The notes under the pieces are model-generated. The model saw only the letters and a program-made list of their open reading frames with translations, ran no database searches and was not told the origin of the DNA. The translations under genes were made by a program, and so were the position numbers. Shown piece by piece: positions 50,156 to 62,464 of a stretch of DNA of 64,000 bases (the first letter of the stretch is position 1; each line of letters begins with the position of its first letter). The stretch spans positions 8,246,001-8,310,000 of the forward strand of contig JBHGNT010000013.1 in assembly GCA_043228905.1 (NCBI GenBank), in the 5' to 3' direction. This DNA comes from Azolla caroliniana (lineage: Eukaryota > Plantae > Polypodiophyta).

Positions 50156-52609
50156 CTATTCCTGTAGCTCTTCATCCGAATCGTTCAGAATATCAAAAAT
50201 CGAAGGCTCATCTGGCCTTGGATGTATTCCACCTATATCTTCCTCTTCATCTTCATCTGTGTCACAGTCGTCCTTCGGAGTAGGTTGTGATTCGGTTGGC
50301 TGCTCTGGTTCACTTCTTCTGGAAGCTTGAATACCAGGAGTCTTGCTGGTTCTTTCGGCTTCGATTTTATCCAACTGGACGGAAGTGCCTATATCATTTT
50401 TGTCGAATTCTTGCATAATACGTTGAATTTCTTCTCTGTAAAATGCCGCAATTTCGTCCATATCTTTCATGATATCCTCTTGGATATTGTCAATATCCTT
50501 TTGTGCCATTTTAAAAAAACCTGCACCTTGGACCTGACGGTTATTTTTGTCGGCACGCAATAACTGTAATTCCGCCGCTTGTGCTGTCCATAACTTCCAT
50601 CCTTGCGCAAGGGATTCATCGATCATTTTCTTTGCTAGGTTTCGATGTTTCCCTATGATGTGCTGCACTTTGTCCCTAGTGATGCTTGCGACGTATTGGG
50701 CGGTCTGCAACTCTTTCTGTAAATCCGTAATAGTGGTTCGGTTCTCACTTTCAGCTCGCATTAGTTTGGATTCGACTACATATATATCCAGCCGTCTTTG
50801 TTCCGATATCTTCCGAATTTCGTCCAGTTGTTGTTCGAATGCCGATTTCTGTTTGCTCCATTCCTCCTGCTGTTCCGTAATTCTTCTGTTGACTTCTTCA
50901 AGACTCCGCTCTTTTTCTGTCAATTGACTTTCCTGTGACACTATATACCTTTCGAATTCTTCAATTTGTTCGGTATATGTATGATTGGCCGTCTTAGCTT
51001 CTTCTAGATTTTTCTGTAATTCGTTTATTACTTGATTTTTTTCTTCGAGAACTTTGTATTGACCATTCTGAATGGTTTCTATTTGTTTTTCTAATTCTGT
51101 AGTTCGAAATACAGCATTGTTGGCCCTTGTTGTTTCTGCTTGACGTGCTTTCTCAGCGTCCTCCAATTTCTGCTGCCATTCTGACTCCGACACCATAAGT
51201 CGTGCCTGTGTTTCCCATTTGTTTAGACTTTCCTTTAGTTCTTTATTTTCTGCCTGTATGTTACAAAACTGATGTTTCAGCACCTCCGCCGATGCTGATA
51301 CACTTTTGTATCTTTCATCCATATCACTGGCTGCTTTGCGTGCCGTTTCATATTCTTTATGAATTTCGACCAGTGCTTCATGTAATGGTGGCATTTCAAT
51401 AGCCTCCCCTCTATTCTATGCACTTCTTTTCCGGCCTATTTTCTCTATCTCTGCTTTTTCTTGAGGTTCCAACACTCCTCGTAAGGCTTTCTGTATCATT
51501 ATTCGGTCATTATGTTCTTGAGCCAGCCGTTCTGATACTTCTGTCAGTCTTTTAGCCAACCATTCAACCAGTTCGTATGAAGTTCCGAACTGTAAAATGG
51601 CAGCTAATTCATGTGCTGCTGGTGGGATATCCAAGTACCCATGTGCTTCCCGAATTGCTACTTTTGAAGATTGTCCTTGGTGAGGTTGTGTCGAAACGCT
51701 CTCATTCCCTGGTTTTAGTACTTCTATTACCACAGGCGTATTCGAATTTTCATTTGTGCGTTGCCTTTTCGGTGCTGATCCCTCACTGTTTTCTGGTTGG
51801 AATTGCCGATTAGCCTTTTGTTTAATCCTTGTCCTTTGTCGCATCTTCTCTGCTTGTTGTCGATTTTCTGTCGGCTGTTGGTTGTTTATCAAATTGTCAA
51901 CTGTTTCTTGTTCGGCTGCTGGTTGCCTGTTTTCGGAATTCTCTGGTCTTGGTGGTTCCGACTGAGGCATATTCGTTTGTATATTATCGGCATGTGCCGA
52001 TTCTTTTTCAATCCATTCTTCATGTACTACCTGTCGGTGTCTTCGTGGTGCTTGTACTATCGGTGGTCTTCTTGACTGAACAGGAGTTTCCGATTCTTGA
52101 ATCGGAAATAATACCGATAACCAACGACCAAAAATTTGTTTCATCGGTTTTCCTGTTTTTACCCCTTGTAGCTGCTCTCTCAGAGCTTCCCCCGACAATA
52201 GTGGCCAATTGAAATCCTCTTTTTCGTATGCGGCTATGATAAACCCAGCCCTTTTTTTCGGCATACAATAAAAACGAGGACTGACAAATCCCACCTCTAA
52301 TAAAAATCTAGCCATTTCATGAAAAAACTCATCCCGACCTCCATAAGTCTGATATGCTTTTGCCGAGGGTGAGTATTCCCCGAAATACGATTGGAGTGCT
52401 TCTGATGAAGGTTTTTTAACTGCCTCAAAGCCTCCTCTTGGCATCTGTAATGCATTTCGTATTTTCTTTGTGGTGATTTTGGTGATGTCTATTTGTTGTA
52501 CCAATTCTTCCGCCTGCGGATGAGGTTCCGCTTCTGCTACTTTGATGAAACCTTGTAAGTTTCTCTCATGAAGCCACAATCGCAGTTCTTCAGATACAGG
52601 AATCGGCAT
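50156..52609 (-). CDS. E extra ORF, about 817 aa, interrupted only by one in-frame TAG at 51416-51418
   Basis: ORFs 51416-52813 and 50156-51394 are in the same frame. MPIPVSEELRLWL aligns with the B and D starts; ends SIFDILNDSDEELQE. Confidence 0.8.
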
Positions 52610-52995
52610 GACTTCTGTGTTTCCTTGTTCTGAATCACTTGTCGATAACGGTTGCAGATCTGCACAGTTTCTGTAGCGATGAAAATCAGAAAAACAGAGT
52701 TTGGGCGAACTAGGGCACGAAGGCTCAAATTGTTTCGATATCTGCACTCGTTTCCGTTGTTTTGGCGACACAGACGATACAGAAATATGCTTTAAAGATA
52801 TTAACTTATGCATGATGACTTAAAGAATAGTAATTGCTATTAATGTAGGAATTAATTAGTATTCACTCTACGTGTAGTGGTTGTACTCCTTACTAATAAT
52901 CATGCAATTCCTCTTTCTATTTATAGTCGATTCATACTGTTATGGCAAGATTGTATTGCTGCATTTGACAAGAACTATTGAGTGAGTTAGTTAGT

Positions 52996-53029
<34 letters not shown>

Positions 53030-53033
<4 letters not shown>

Positions 53034-56000
53034 TCTTCCGTTTGAATAAACGGATTTACCGGCATATCTCCCAAATACGGTTTAAGCCGGAATCCATTTA
53101 CCCATTTCGGTAAAACCTCTCCGGTTAATGATCCCAGCTGGTACGTACCATTTTTACTATTAATTATCCATACTGGACCTGTCCATCTATACCGGAGTTT
53201 CCCAGGCATAAGTCCCATTCTCGTCTGGAATACCAATACCGGTTTCCCAATTTCCTTCGATGTCGATTTACGAATGCCTTGATTTGTCTCTGCTTGTGTT
53301 CTAGTGCTGACATTGATTGAATCCGTTCTTCTTCTAATACTAATAAAGCCTCTTTGCGTATCTGCTCCGATTCTATTTCATTTAACTTATTCGTTGCTTG
53401 GATACGAAGTGTCGGAATTTGAAATTCGATCGGCATAACGGCTTCGAGTCCGAATGCCATTCGGAAAGGTGTTGATTTAATGGATGTTTTGTACGAAGTA
53501 CAATATGCCCATAATGCACTATTTAACTTTTGATCCCAATCAGTACGATTTTCATTCACTATCTTCTTTAAAATTGTTTGAATTGTTTTATTTGTCGATT
53601 CTGCCAATCCATTAGCTTGGGGATAGTAAGGCGTACTTTTCTTATGAACTACGGCATAGTAATTGGTTAATTCGTTAATTAACTTGTTAATAAAATGAGT
53701 GCCTTGATCGCTTACCAATTCTATTGGGCAACCGAATCGACACCATATATACTCATACAGGAATTTTGCTGTGGATGCTGCTGTATTGTCCCTGAGAGCT
53801 TTTGCTTCAACCCATTTTGTGCAATAGTCAGTCGCAATTATGATATATCGATTACCGGTTCTTGCAGCTGCTAGTTTGAATGGGCCAACAAAATCTAAGC
53901 CCCATTTCTGAAATGGCTCAAGAGGTAAAACCGGTTGAAAAGGCATTCAATCCTTTTCGGTTGGTTGCCCCATTCTTTGACACAAATCGCATTTCTTACA
54001 GTATTCGTTAGCATCTTTCATCACCGTTGGCCACCATAACCCGCTATTCCATATTTTTCTGGCTGTTGCTTCTCCTGCGTAATGACCGCCAACAATTCCA
54101 CAATGTGACTCTGTTAATATGGCTGATTTTTCAAATTTTCGTACTGCCCTTCGCCATATTCCATCCGCTCCTTTATGATACAATATGTCATTAAATAAAC
54201 AAAAATTCTGACTTCGTACTGCAATTCTTTTTCTTTCATCTGTCGACATGTGTTCGGCCGGAATTCCTGTTGATAGAAATATCGTCATTTCGGAAATCCA
54301 TTCATCCTCTTTTTCCTCATTCACTTCATGTGCTTTTACTGCCTCAACCCGAAATAATTGAGTATCTGGAAAATCATCTTTAACCCCAACCGCTTCTTCT
54401 CCAGACTCAAGCCGACTGAGATAGTCAGCAATCGCGTGCTGTGCTCCTGGTCGATGTATAATGTCGAATTCAAACTCTTGAAGCAATAACGTCCATCTGG
54501 CTAACTTGCCTGTCAATTCTTGTTTGGAAACTAGATACAGTAAAGCCGAATGATCCACATGAAATGTAAATTTCTTACCCAAAAGGTAATGTCGAAATTT
54601 GTTCACACTATATATCATTCCCAAAGCTTCTCTTTCGGTTGTTGAATAGTTTCTTTCGGCCGACGAAAGTTTCCTACTGGCATAGTATACCGGCCTATAC
54701 CAGTTTGGTTCGGATAATTGCATTAAAGCACTGCCTATGGCAATGTCCGACGCATCGACGAAAACATGAAATGGTTTGTTCCAGTCCGGTGGTTGAACTA
54801 CTGGAACCTTCGTCAGCATCTTCTTGAGACATTCGTATGCATCTTGTTCTATACTTGTCCATATAAAAGGAACTTTGTGTACTACTGTGTGTAACGGGAT
54901 AGCAATGTCTGCTAGATATCTCATCATTCTACTGTGCCACCGAATTTGACCCAAAAATCTACTTAGAGCTTTAGCATTTGTTGGTGGTGTTGCCTCAATA
55001 ATTGCTTTAACTTTGTCTGGGTCCACTGCAATCCCTTCTTGACTGACAATATGCCCAAGTAACGTACCACTCATTACTCCGAATGCGCATTTGGCTGGAT
55101 TTAAGCTAAGACGCCCTTTTCGACATTTTTCTAAACATAGCCGTAAATGCTCAAAATGATCAGCTTTCCGACTATATACTGCAAAATCATCTAAAAACAC
55201 CTGCATGAAAGCTGGAATATATTCCCCGAATATTTCCTGTATTACCCGCTGAAATGTAGCTGGAGCTGTTTTTAAACCGAACATCATTACTACTGCCACA
55301 AAGACACCCCATTCTGTGACGAAGGCTGTCTTTTCCTGATCTTCCGGATTCATCCGTACTTGGTTGTACCCACTGAACCCATCCAAGAAACTATAAATTT
55401 CATGTCCCGCTACTGCATCTAATATGCCATCTGTGAATGGCAACGGAAACGCATCCGTAATTGTCGCTGCATTCAATTTTCTGTAATCCACACATACGCG
55501 AATTTTCCCATTCTTTTTCGGGACTACTACTATCGGACTCAGCCATGTTGATTTTTTGATGGGTCGAATAAATCCTACTTTTAAGAGTTTATCGATTTCT
55601 TCTTTTACTTTGATAGCATAATTCGGATTCAACCTGTACCTGCGTTGTTGTACTGGCTTTGCATCTTTATGCAAATTGATTTGATGTTGACAAAAAGCGG
55701 GATCCAGACCTTTCATATCGTCAAACGACCATGCAAAAACATCTTTATATTGTAATAGTAATGTTGTTAATGTCCGTTTGTCATTTTCCGCCAAATCTCT
55801 AGCAATCAAGACTGTTTTTCTTTCAGCATCCTCTACTCCTGCCAAATCAATCTCCTCCAATGCTGAGGCTTGCACTCTCTGAGATACCTTCATTTCCTTA
55901 TCTGTAGCTTCTTGTTGCATTCGTATTTCTTTCATTGTTTGCTCATCGATTGGCACTTCTTCATGTGAGTCTACATATGGTGTTAATGCTTGCAAAATAT

Positions 56001-58503
56001 CTACCTCAAATAGAGGGATGATTTTCTGATTATCATCGAAATACTGACTTTCTTCTTCCTCGTCCAATCCTTCCATCATATTAACTGCTTCTGCATGTAC
56101 AGGTAAACTCTGTTTGCTTGTTGTCACTTTGTTGTGCGTCGGAATCTTGACCTTAGTTTTTCCTTTCCTAAATGTTAGCACATTTTGTTTCCAATTTTGT
56201 TTAATATTAGCTGTCTTTAACCATGGTCTCCCCAATAACAATGGGTATGCTCCCTGTGTTTCTAACTGCAAAATTACTGCCGAAATCTGAAAACTGTGTC
56301 CCCCGATTATTACGTCCAGTTCTCGAAGCAAACCAATCGGTCGTACCGTACTTGTATCTGCCATTCGTAACCAAAACGGACATGCTTCCCATTCCGTGAT
56401 TCCCAGTTTTTCACATGTAGTTTTGTTAATCACATTAACACCCAAGCCTCCATCTATAATCACATTTCCGATTTCTTGCCCGTAAAGTATTACCTTAATC
56501 GACGGATTCTGTTCATCCATGATCGAAGGGTTATTACTTGGCTGATTGTAGTGTACTGCTATTTGTTCGGAACCTTTATATGCAATTAATGCTGCCACTT
56601 TTTCTGTAAACCTTGGTACTAACTTAAGTAAGCCCGTAAGTGGCAATGACACTTGGCAATCAGCCAACAGTTTCCAAGTTTCTTCCTGTTCCTTATTCCC
56701 CAATGACTGTTGTACAACGATGTCCTGGTCAATGTTATTGTCTTGTAACATTCGATTCACATTACTTTGATTTGCTTCGTCCACCCATTCTTTTGCCGCC
56801 TTCCGAACTTCTTCCTGAATTTCCCACTCTGATTGTTTGCTTTTGCTGCGTGTCGTTACTTGCTGAACTTCCGGTATTACCATATTAACTGTTGGACCCT
56901 TTCCTCTAACCGGACATTGATTAGCATAATGGCCTATTTGTCGACAAATGTAACAAGTGGGTACAAATGTTGCACTGGTCTCTCCATGTGCAAATTGGCC
57001 GTTATTAAATTGCTGCTCTTCATTACCATTCGGGTTTTGTTGGTATTGACGTGTAGCTTTTGGTTTGTAAAATCTCTTGTTTTTATACCGATTCTGCCTA
57101 AATTGTTCAGTATTATCATTTGGTTGTGCTATATTGTGTGGTATCCCGAACTCCTGATTTGGCGGAAAATTACTCTGTTGAAACATTTGATTATTTTGTG
57201 GAACGGTTTGAGTATTATGTTGAAAGGTCATATTACCCGGTTGAAATGCCGGATTTGGTTGAAATGTAGAATTCGGTTGCACATTCGGACAGTTCTGTTG
57301 AAACCCTTGAAATGGTAGGTTACCTTGTTGGAAACTTTGATTATTTTGTTGAAAATATTGATTCGGATTCTGTACGAATGGTGGATTGGATTGAACAAAA
57401 CCTGGTTGAAATGCTTGAGTCACTTGAGTGGGTTGCATATTTTGTTGTGAAAAGATCTGATTTGGCTGTAAAACCGGATTCTGTTGTACATTTTGCTGAT
57501 TTTGTGAAAAATTATTATTTTGATAACCATTGAACAGATTAGTGTTATTTTGGTAACCATTGTCAGTAAAAATTTGTCGTACTGACGCCGTAGTCTTATT
57601 AAGCAGATTATATTCACATTGTTCTACTGAATGTAATTTTGAATGACATATTGTACAATGTGTTCTTAACGTACATTCAATTGCCGAATGCCCCGTATTT
57701 AAACAAGTGGTGCATTGAACTGCTTGTCGAAATTGTAACTCCTCTATTGTTGGTAATGTACGGTGTAATGCCGACATGTCCATACTCTGAACATTGACCG
57801 GTGGTCGACCCATTTCTATTTCTTTATCAATTACTTGTTCGATAGTCTGATTCCGAAAATCGAACACTTTCAATGTCGTCCTTAATGGTTCTTTTATAGC
57901 TTCTAGAAAGACTTCTTTTAATTCCTTATCCGGAATCGGCCTTGAAATCTGAACCTGTAAGTTCTGAAATCGTATCACAAACTGAGATACTGTTTCATTT
58001 TTTTCTTGATATAACGCATAAAATTGCGCAATCAAATCCTTCTGCGGAATTTGTTGATGAAATAATTGTAAAAATTTACTAGTTAACACTTCAAAGGATG
58101 GAAATCCTTGAAGACCGTTCTGCGCAAACCAATTAGCGGAATATCTGTCTAATGATAAGACGAACTCAGCGATTTTTGACTTATCTTCGGCATCTGCCGA
58201 CAATCGCTGAGCTCCATGGTTAATCTCCCATGTCGTTAAGAAATCCCTAACATGTGCTTCCGCATCTGTTCCTTCCCGGAACTTAGAATAAGTATAAGGC
58301 ATATCGTCCCAAATGTCGTAAAACGATACCTCTTCCGTCTGTTTTTCGTCTGAAGGTAATTGATCGGATAAGTCAGGAAGTTTCAACCACTTTGTGCTTG
58401 ATTTCGGTTGTTCTTGCGCAATGAACGCTTGCTGCACTACCTTCGTAACTGACCTTGTACGAGGGCGCTTACAACTGACCGGTGCCTCCTCTTCATACGA
58501 CAT
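53030..58503 (-). pseudogene. E gag-pol: a 1518-aa ORF, one in-frame TGA (53947), and a frameshift near the INT C-terminus
   Basis: Capsid-like region, 3 CCHC knuckles, IIDGGLG, FLDDF, VDASD, WGLDFVGPF. Confidence 0.95.
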
Positions 58504-59701
58504 CCATTCGAATTGTTCTCTGCTTAATTGCAGATGTAACCGGGCGTGCCAAAATTCTTCTGTGTTAATCGGCTAATTACTAACTACTACCGATACAGAA
58601 GAGTGAACGTCGCTACTCAACGTTCTAACAAGGAATTGTGTTTTACGAACGGAATTATACTATATTAATCGGTAATTACCGTGATCGTTACTTAGCTATA
58701 AATTAGGAAGCTTGCACTTAAGAACATAGACAATAGAAAGAACACAGAATCCGTACAGGATATTCCTAACTTAAACTTATATTACTAAATAAAACGACCT
58801 TTCTTACAATGCCTTCGGTTCCCTTTTATAGGTATACCGAAGGTCTTTTCTCATCAAGAACTATTCCTACTTACTATCAAGATTTACAAAATTATCTAAC
58901 TAACTTAGTTCTCTTCGTTTACTGCTGAGTCATTGATCCGAACAGTCGATCCGAACCGACTCTGTTTTCGACGCTTTCCCACTTGTTCGGTAAAATTGAC
59001 TGTCCGGGTCCGGGTAACAAGAAGCATATGCCCAAGTCATATTGGGCAGAAGCTACAAATACCGTCTTCTACCTCATGAACCGGTGCACAACATCCGGAG
59101 TGCATGAGGTCACCCCTCATGAGAAATACTATGGGAAGAAGCCAGATCTATCCCATGTAAGGATATTCGGCTCCATTGCATACGTGCACATTCCCGATGA
59201 GAAGCGATAGAAGCTTGACCCAAAATCAGAGAAGTGCATCCTTGTGGGGTACTCACTCGAGCAAAAGGGGTACAAGTGCTTTAACCCCTCTACTCAGAAG
59301 ACTCATGTAAGTCGGGATGTCGTCTTTGACGAATTGACATCATGGTACAAACCCGAGCCAACTCCTCCTGAACCATCTACGAACGACCTCGACAACATAG
59401 AAGACGATGATCAACTAAGGTTAATACTCGAAGAGAGTTCGATCTCAACTAGATTGATCAGACCACAAGAGCCTCCGAGCAACTAAAGCATATCTCGGCC
59501 AAGTCCAAAGAAGGACAAAGGGAAGGCCAAAATGTCGGAGTATGAAGACGATCACTTTGACGGCAACGAATTGACTCATTCACTCGATAGTGAGTTCGAT
59601 AGCTTTGATGTGCCTCTTATGAGGTCACCTGGAGTTGAGAAAGCACTCACATCGCAAATGAGAAACTCTGTCACTCCACCCGAGAGAAGAATCCGGTTAG
59701 C

Positions 59702-59905
59702 CGATTCAGCTACAACGACTATATGGCATACCACTATGCCTTTATGATGAAGGTTGCAGCAGTTTGAGAACCAGAGAGCTTTGTCGAAGCTGCTAAAGAT
59801 CTGCGATTCAGCTACAACGACTATATGGCATACCACTATGCCTTTATGATGAAGGTTGCAGCAGTTTGAGAACCAGAGAGCTTTGTCGAAGCTGCTAAAG
59901 ATCTG
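59702..59905 (+). repeat. Exact 102-bp tandem duplication in C3
   Basis: Units start at 59702 and 59804; CGAT microhomology at the junctions. Confidence 0.9.
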
Positions 59906-61532
59906 CGATGAGTCGAAGCAATGAACGAGGAGATGCAAGCTCTCAACAAGAATGAGACATGGGATCTCGTCCCTCATTCACTGCACAAGAAGGCAATCGG
60001 TTGTAGATGGATATACAAAGTGAAGTATAATGTTGACGGTTCCGTCAACCGCTACAAAGCTTGACTTGTAGCAAAGGGCTACGCACAAACACAGGGCGTC
60101 GACTATTAAGAGACCTTTGCCTTGGTGGCAAAGATGACAACTGTGCGAACCGTGATAGTGCTTGCAACTACAAAAGGGTGGCACCTCCACCAAATGGATG
60201 TCAAGAACGCCTTTCTTCAAGGCGAATTAGAAGAGGAGGTGTACATGGTATAACCACCCGGCTTTGAATCCAACATTCATCCGAAAGACCTCTGCCGACT
60301 CAAGAAGGCTCTTTACGGCCTTAAGCAAGCACCACGTGCTTGGCACCCGAAGATAACACAATATCTTCATCGAATCGGCTTCCAAATGTCAAATTTTGAT
60401 AATTCTCTCTATGTAAGAAGCGATTCTGAAAGTTCGATGGTCAACATCCTATACGTGGATGATCTGGTCATTGGAGGTGAGCAGCTAGTCGACATCAACA
60501 AGGTCAAATCCCTGCTTTCCAACAAATTCGAGATGATGGACATGAAAGTGCTCCACTACTTCCTTGGCATCGAGGTAATGCGGACTCCAGCTGGGATTAT
60601 GGCACTACATTCTCAACTTGTTAAACAAGTTCAGGATGACTCAGTGCAAGTCTGTGGCAACACCTCTCGACCGAAACCTCAAATTAGATGCCAATTCTGG
60701 CACCACAGAGTGTGAGCCGACTCAATATCGACAACTGATTGGTAGTCTTATCTACCTCACGATCACTTGACTAGACCTAAGCTATCCGGTCGGCCTTGTT
60801 AGCTAGTTCATGCAAACGCCACGAGATATCCATTTGGATTGTGCTAAAAGAGTGTTACGATATGTGAGCGGAATGATGGACTATGGCATTCTCTATAAGT
60901 CGGCCACGTCAATTCAACTCGAGGGGTACACAGATGCCGACTGGGCAGGCTACAAAGCCGACCGACGATCAAACTCTGGTTTCATCTTCTCCCTCAGAAG
61001 TGGAGCCATCTCCTAGAGTAGCAAGAAGCAACCAACCGTCACTCTTTCGAGCACAGAGGCCGAATACAGGGGCGCGGTGGTGGCTGCATGTGAAGTTGTA
61101 TGGCTCAAGAGGATATTAAAGGATCTGGGCGTTCCCATCAAAGATCCAATTCTCCTTTACTGTGACAACATGAACAATATTTATCTGGCTCAGAACCTAG
61201 TGTTCCACGCATGCACCAAGCATATTGAAGTGCACTATCACTTCATTCGAGAGCGTGTTCAGGCTGGTGATGTCGACCTTCAACATATCACTACGAATCT
61301 TCAGACAACCGACATCTTTCCCAAAGCCCTAGGAGCCGACAAGGTTCGGCAATTCCTGTCAGACCTTGGATTGACGGTCCTTGACTTGCCAAGCTTGAGG
61401 GGGAGTACAAGCGAAAACCGGATACCGTCCGAACCGGATACGAGCCAGATGTACCAGATATCGTCCAAACTGGATACGAGCTGAAGCGGACATCAATCGA
61501 AGTAGCCGACCAAAGTTGAGCTTGAGGGGGCA

Positions 61533-62464
61533 TGTTGAGAATCAAGCTCAACCTAGTCTAGTGTGTGAACACACCCTTGAGAGTGTCCACTCAAAGGTCA
61601 AAAGTCACCACTCTTATCTACACATTAACTATGTGTCATAGAATCATATTCTATGACACATAACTAATGAGTTTTCACATTCCCCATGACCCATGAGCTT
61701 CAGTGGTTAATGAAGAGACAGAGTGACTATATAAAGCACTCTCCTCCTACCTTGTAATAAGGTTGATTAATCTCCTTTGTAATATACATCTTCTTGAGTA
61801 TTCTATTGTCTCTCTAATCTAGCTTGTGTTTCTCTCTGTAAATGAGGCATTTTTGCAACGCCAATGTATCATGACATGGGACAAATGTGGAGGCTCACGC
61901 TTCACACATTATACTACACATGTTGCACCTAACTACAAAACCATATTCTTTGCGGAACGGGGAAATCGTACACATCCATACATGTTAGAGCCCATACCGT
62001 TATCTTCCATTCGAACCATTGCTTCCATGCGACTTAGCTCACATGCATTGTGATGTGAAACAGGGCGTTGGGGTACAAGTGATGAGAGTGGTCGGCTATG
62101 CACACTTTGCCCTAAACAAGTTCGCGAGTCTGAGTATCACACTTTGATACAATGCTCTGTCTTTGATCATATTCGACCATGCTTTCCACATCTCTTCAAT
62201 CGAGCCCAATCTTTGCATGAATTCCTCTCACAACCACAATGTGCACTCTCAATTGCAACATTCATTGGTAAAGTTCTTGAACATTGAGAGTCACTACTCA
62301 CTTTCACACGTATCACGTGAAATGTAATGTTTTGGTCTCATAGGTCATATTTGACCTCCGAAGACGATAATATAATCTATCTATCTCTCATACACACACA
62401 CACACACTCACAACACATATCTCTAGTCTATTCCGTTGGACAAGAATCACATCGATTCTTTACA
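61533..62464 (+). repeat. C3 3' LTR (contains the LINE insertion)
   Basis: TGTTGAGA...CTTTACA; its end matches the 5' LTR end just before the PBS. Confidence 0.88.
61838..62384 (+). mobile_element. 5'-truncated non-LTR retrotransposon (LINE, RTE-X-like C-terminus) inserted in the (CT)n tract of the C3 LTR
   Basis: Absent from the 5' LTR copy. Translates to MRLSSHAL*CETGRW...RLCTLC...ESEYHTLIQC (CCHC). Has a 3' hairpin AGGTCA-TATT-TGACCT and a (CTAT)n tail. Confidence 0.75.

Larger units (their letters stand above)
49659..59019 (-). mobile_element. E: third, AT-richer and near-intact member of the B/D lineage
   Basis: LTRs 49659-50111 and 58563-59019 (about 4 substitutions plus a 4-bp indel); perfect TSD AGAAG; PBS TGGCACGCCCGGT at 58539-58551. 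Confidence 0.96.
47891..61484 (+). pseudogene. C3 gag-pol fragments (outside the E insertion)
   Basis: WFVNSGASNHMT, FIDDFSRY, MLNEK|HMPKSYWAEA across E, YVDDL, TKHIEVHYHF. Confidence 0.9.
47595..62464 (+). mobile_element. C3: Ty1/copia element related to C1, degenerate; 5' LTR split by C1, INT split by E, 3' LTR split by a LINE
   Basis: 5' LTR remnant 47595-47735 matches 61799-61837 + 62385-62464; PBS TGGTATCAAAGC at 47736-47747; PPT before TGTTGAGA at 61533. Confidence 0.92.

Noticed and set aside
51416-51418. Programmed stop-codon readthrough in E ORF2 (and at 53947 in pol)
   Set aside because: The stops are not at equivalent positions in B or D; they fit CAG>TAG and CGA>TGA methyl-C decay seen throughout the window.
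50156-52609. Retroviral-type env gene for the extra ORF of B/D/E
   Set aside because: No signal peptide or transmembrane stretch is visible; the protein is charged and coiled-coil.
52980-53030. (TTTA)n tract as a LINE or SINE tail
   Set aside because: It lies immediately after the E pol stop, where B and D also have A-rich runs, and there is no TSD.
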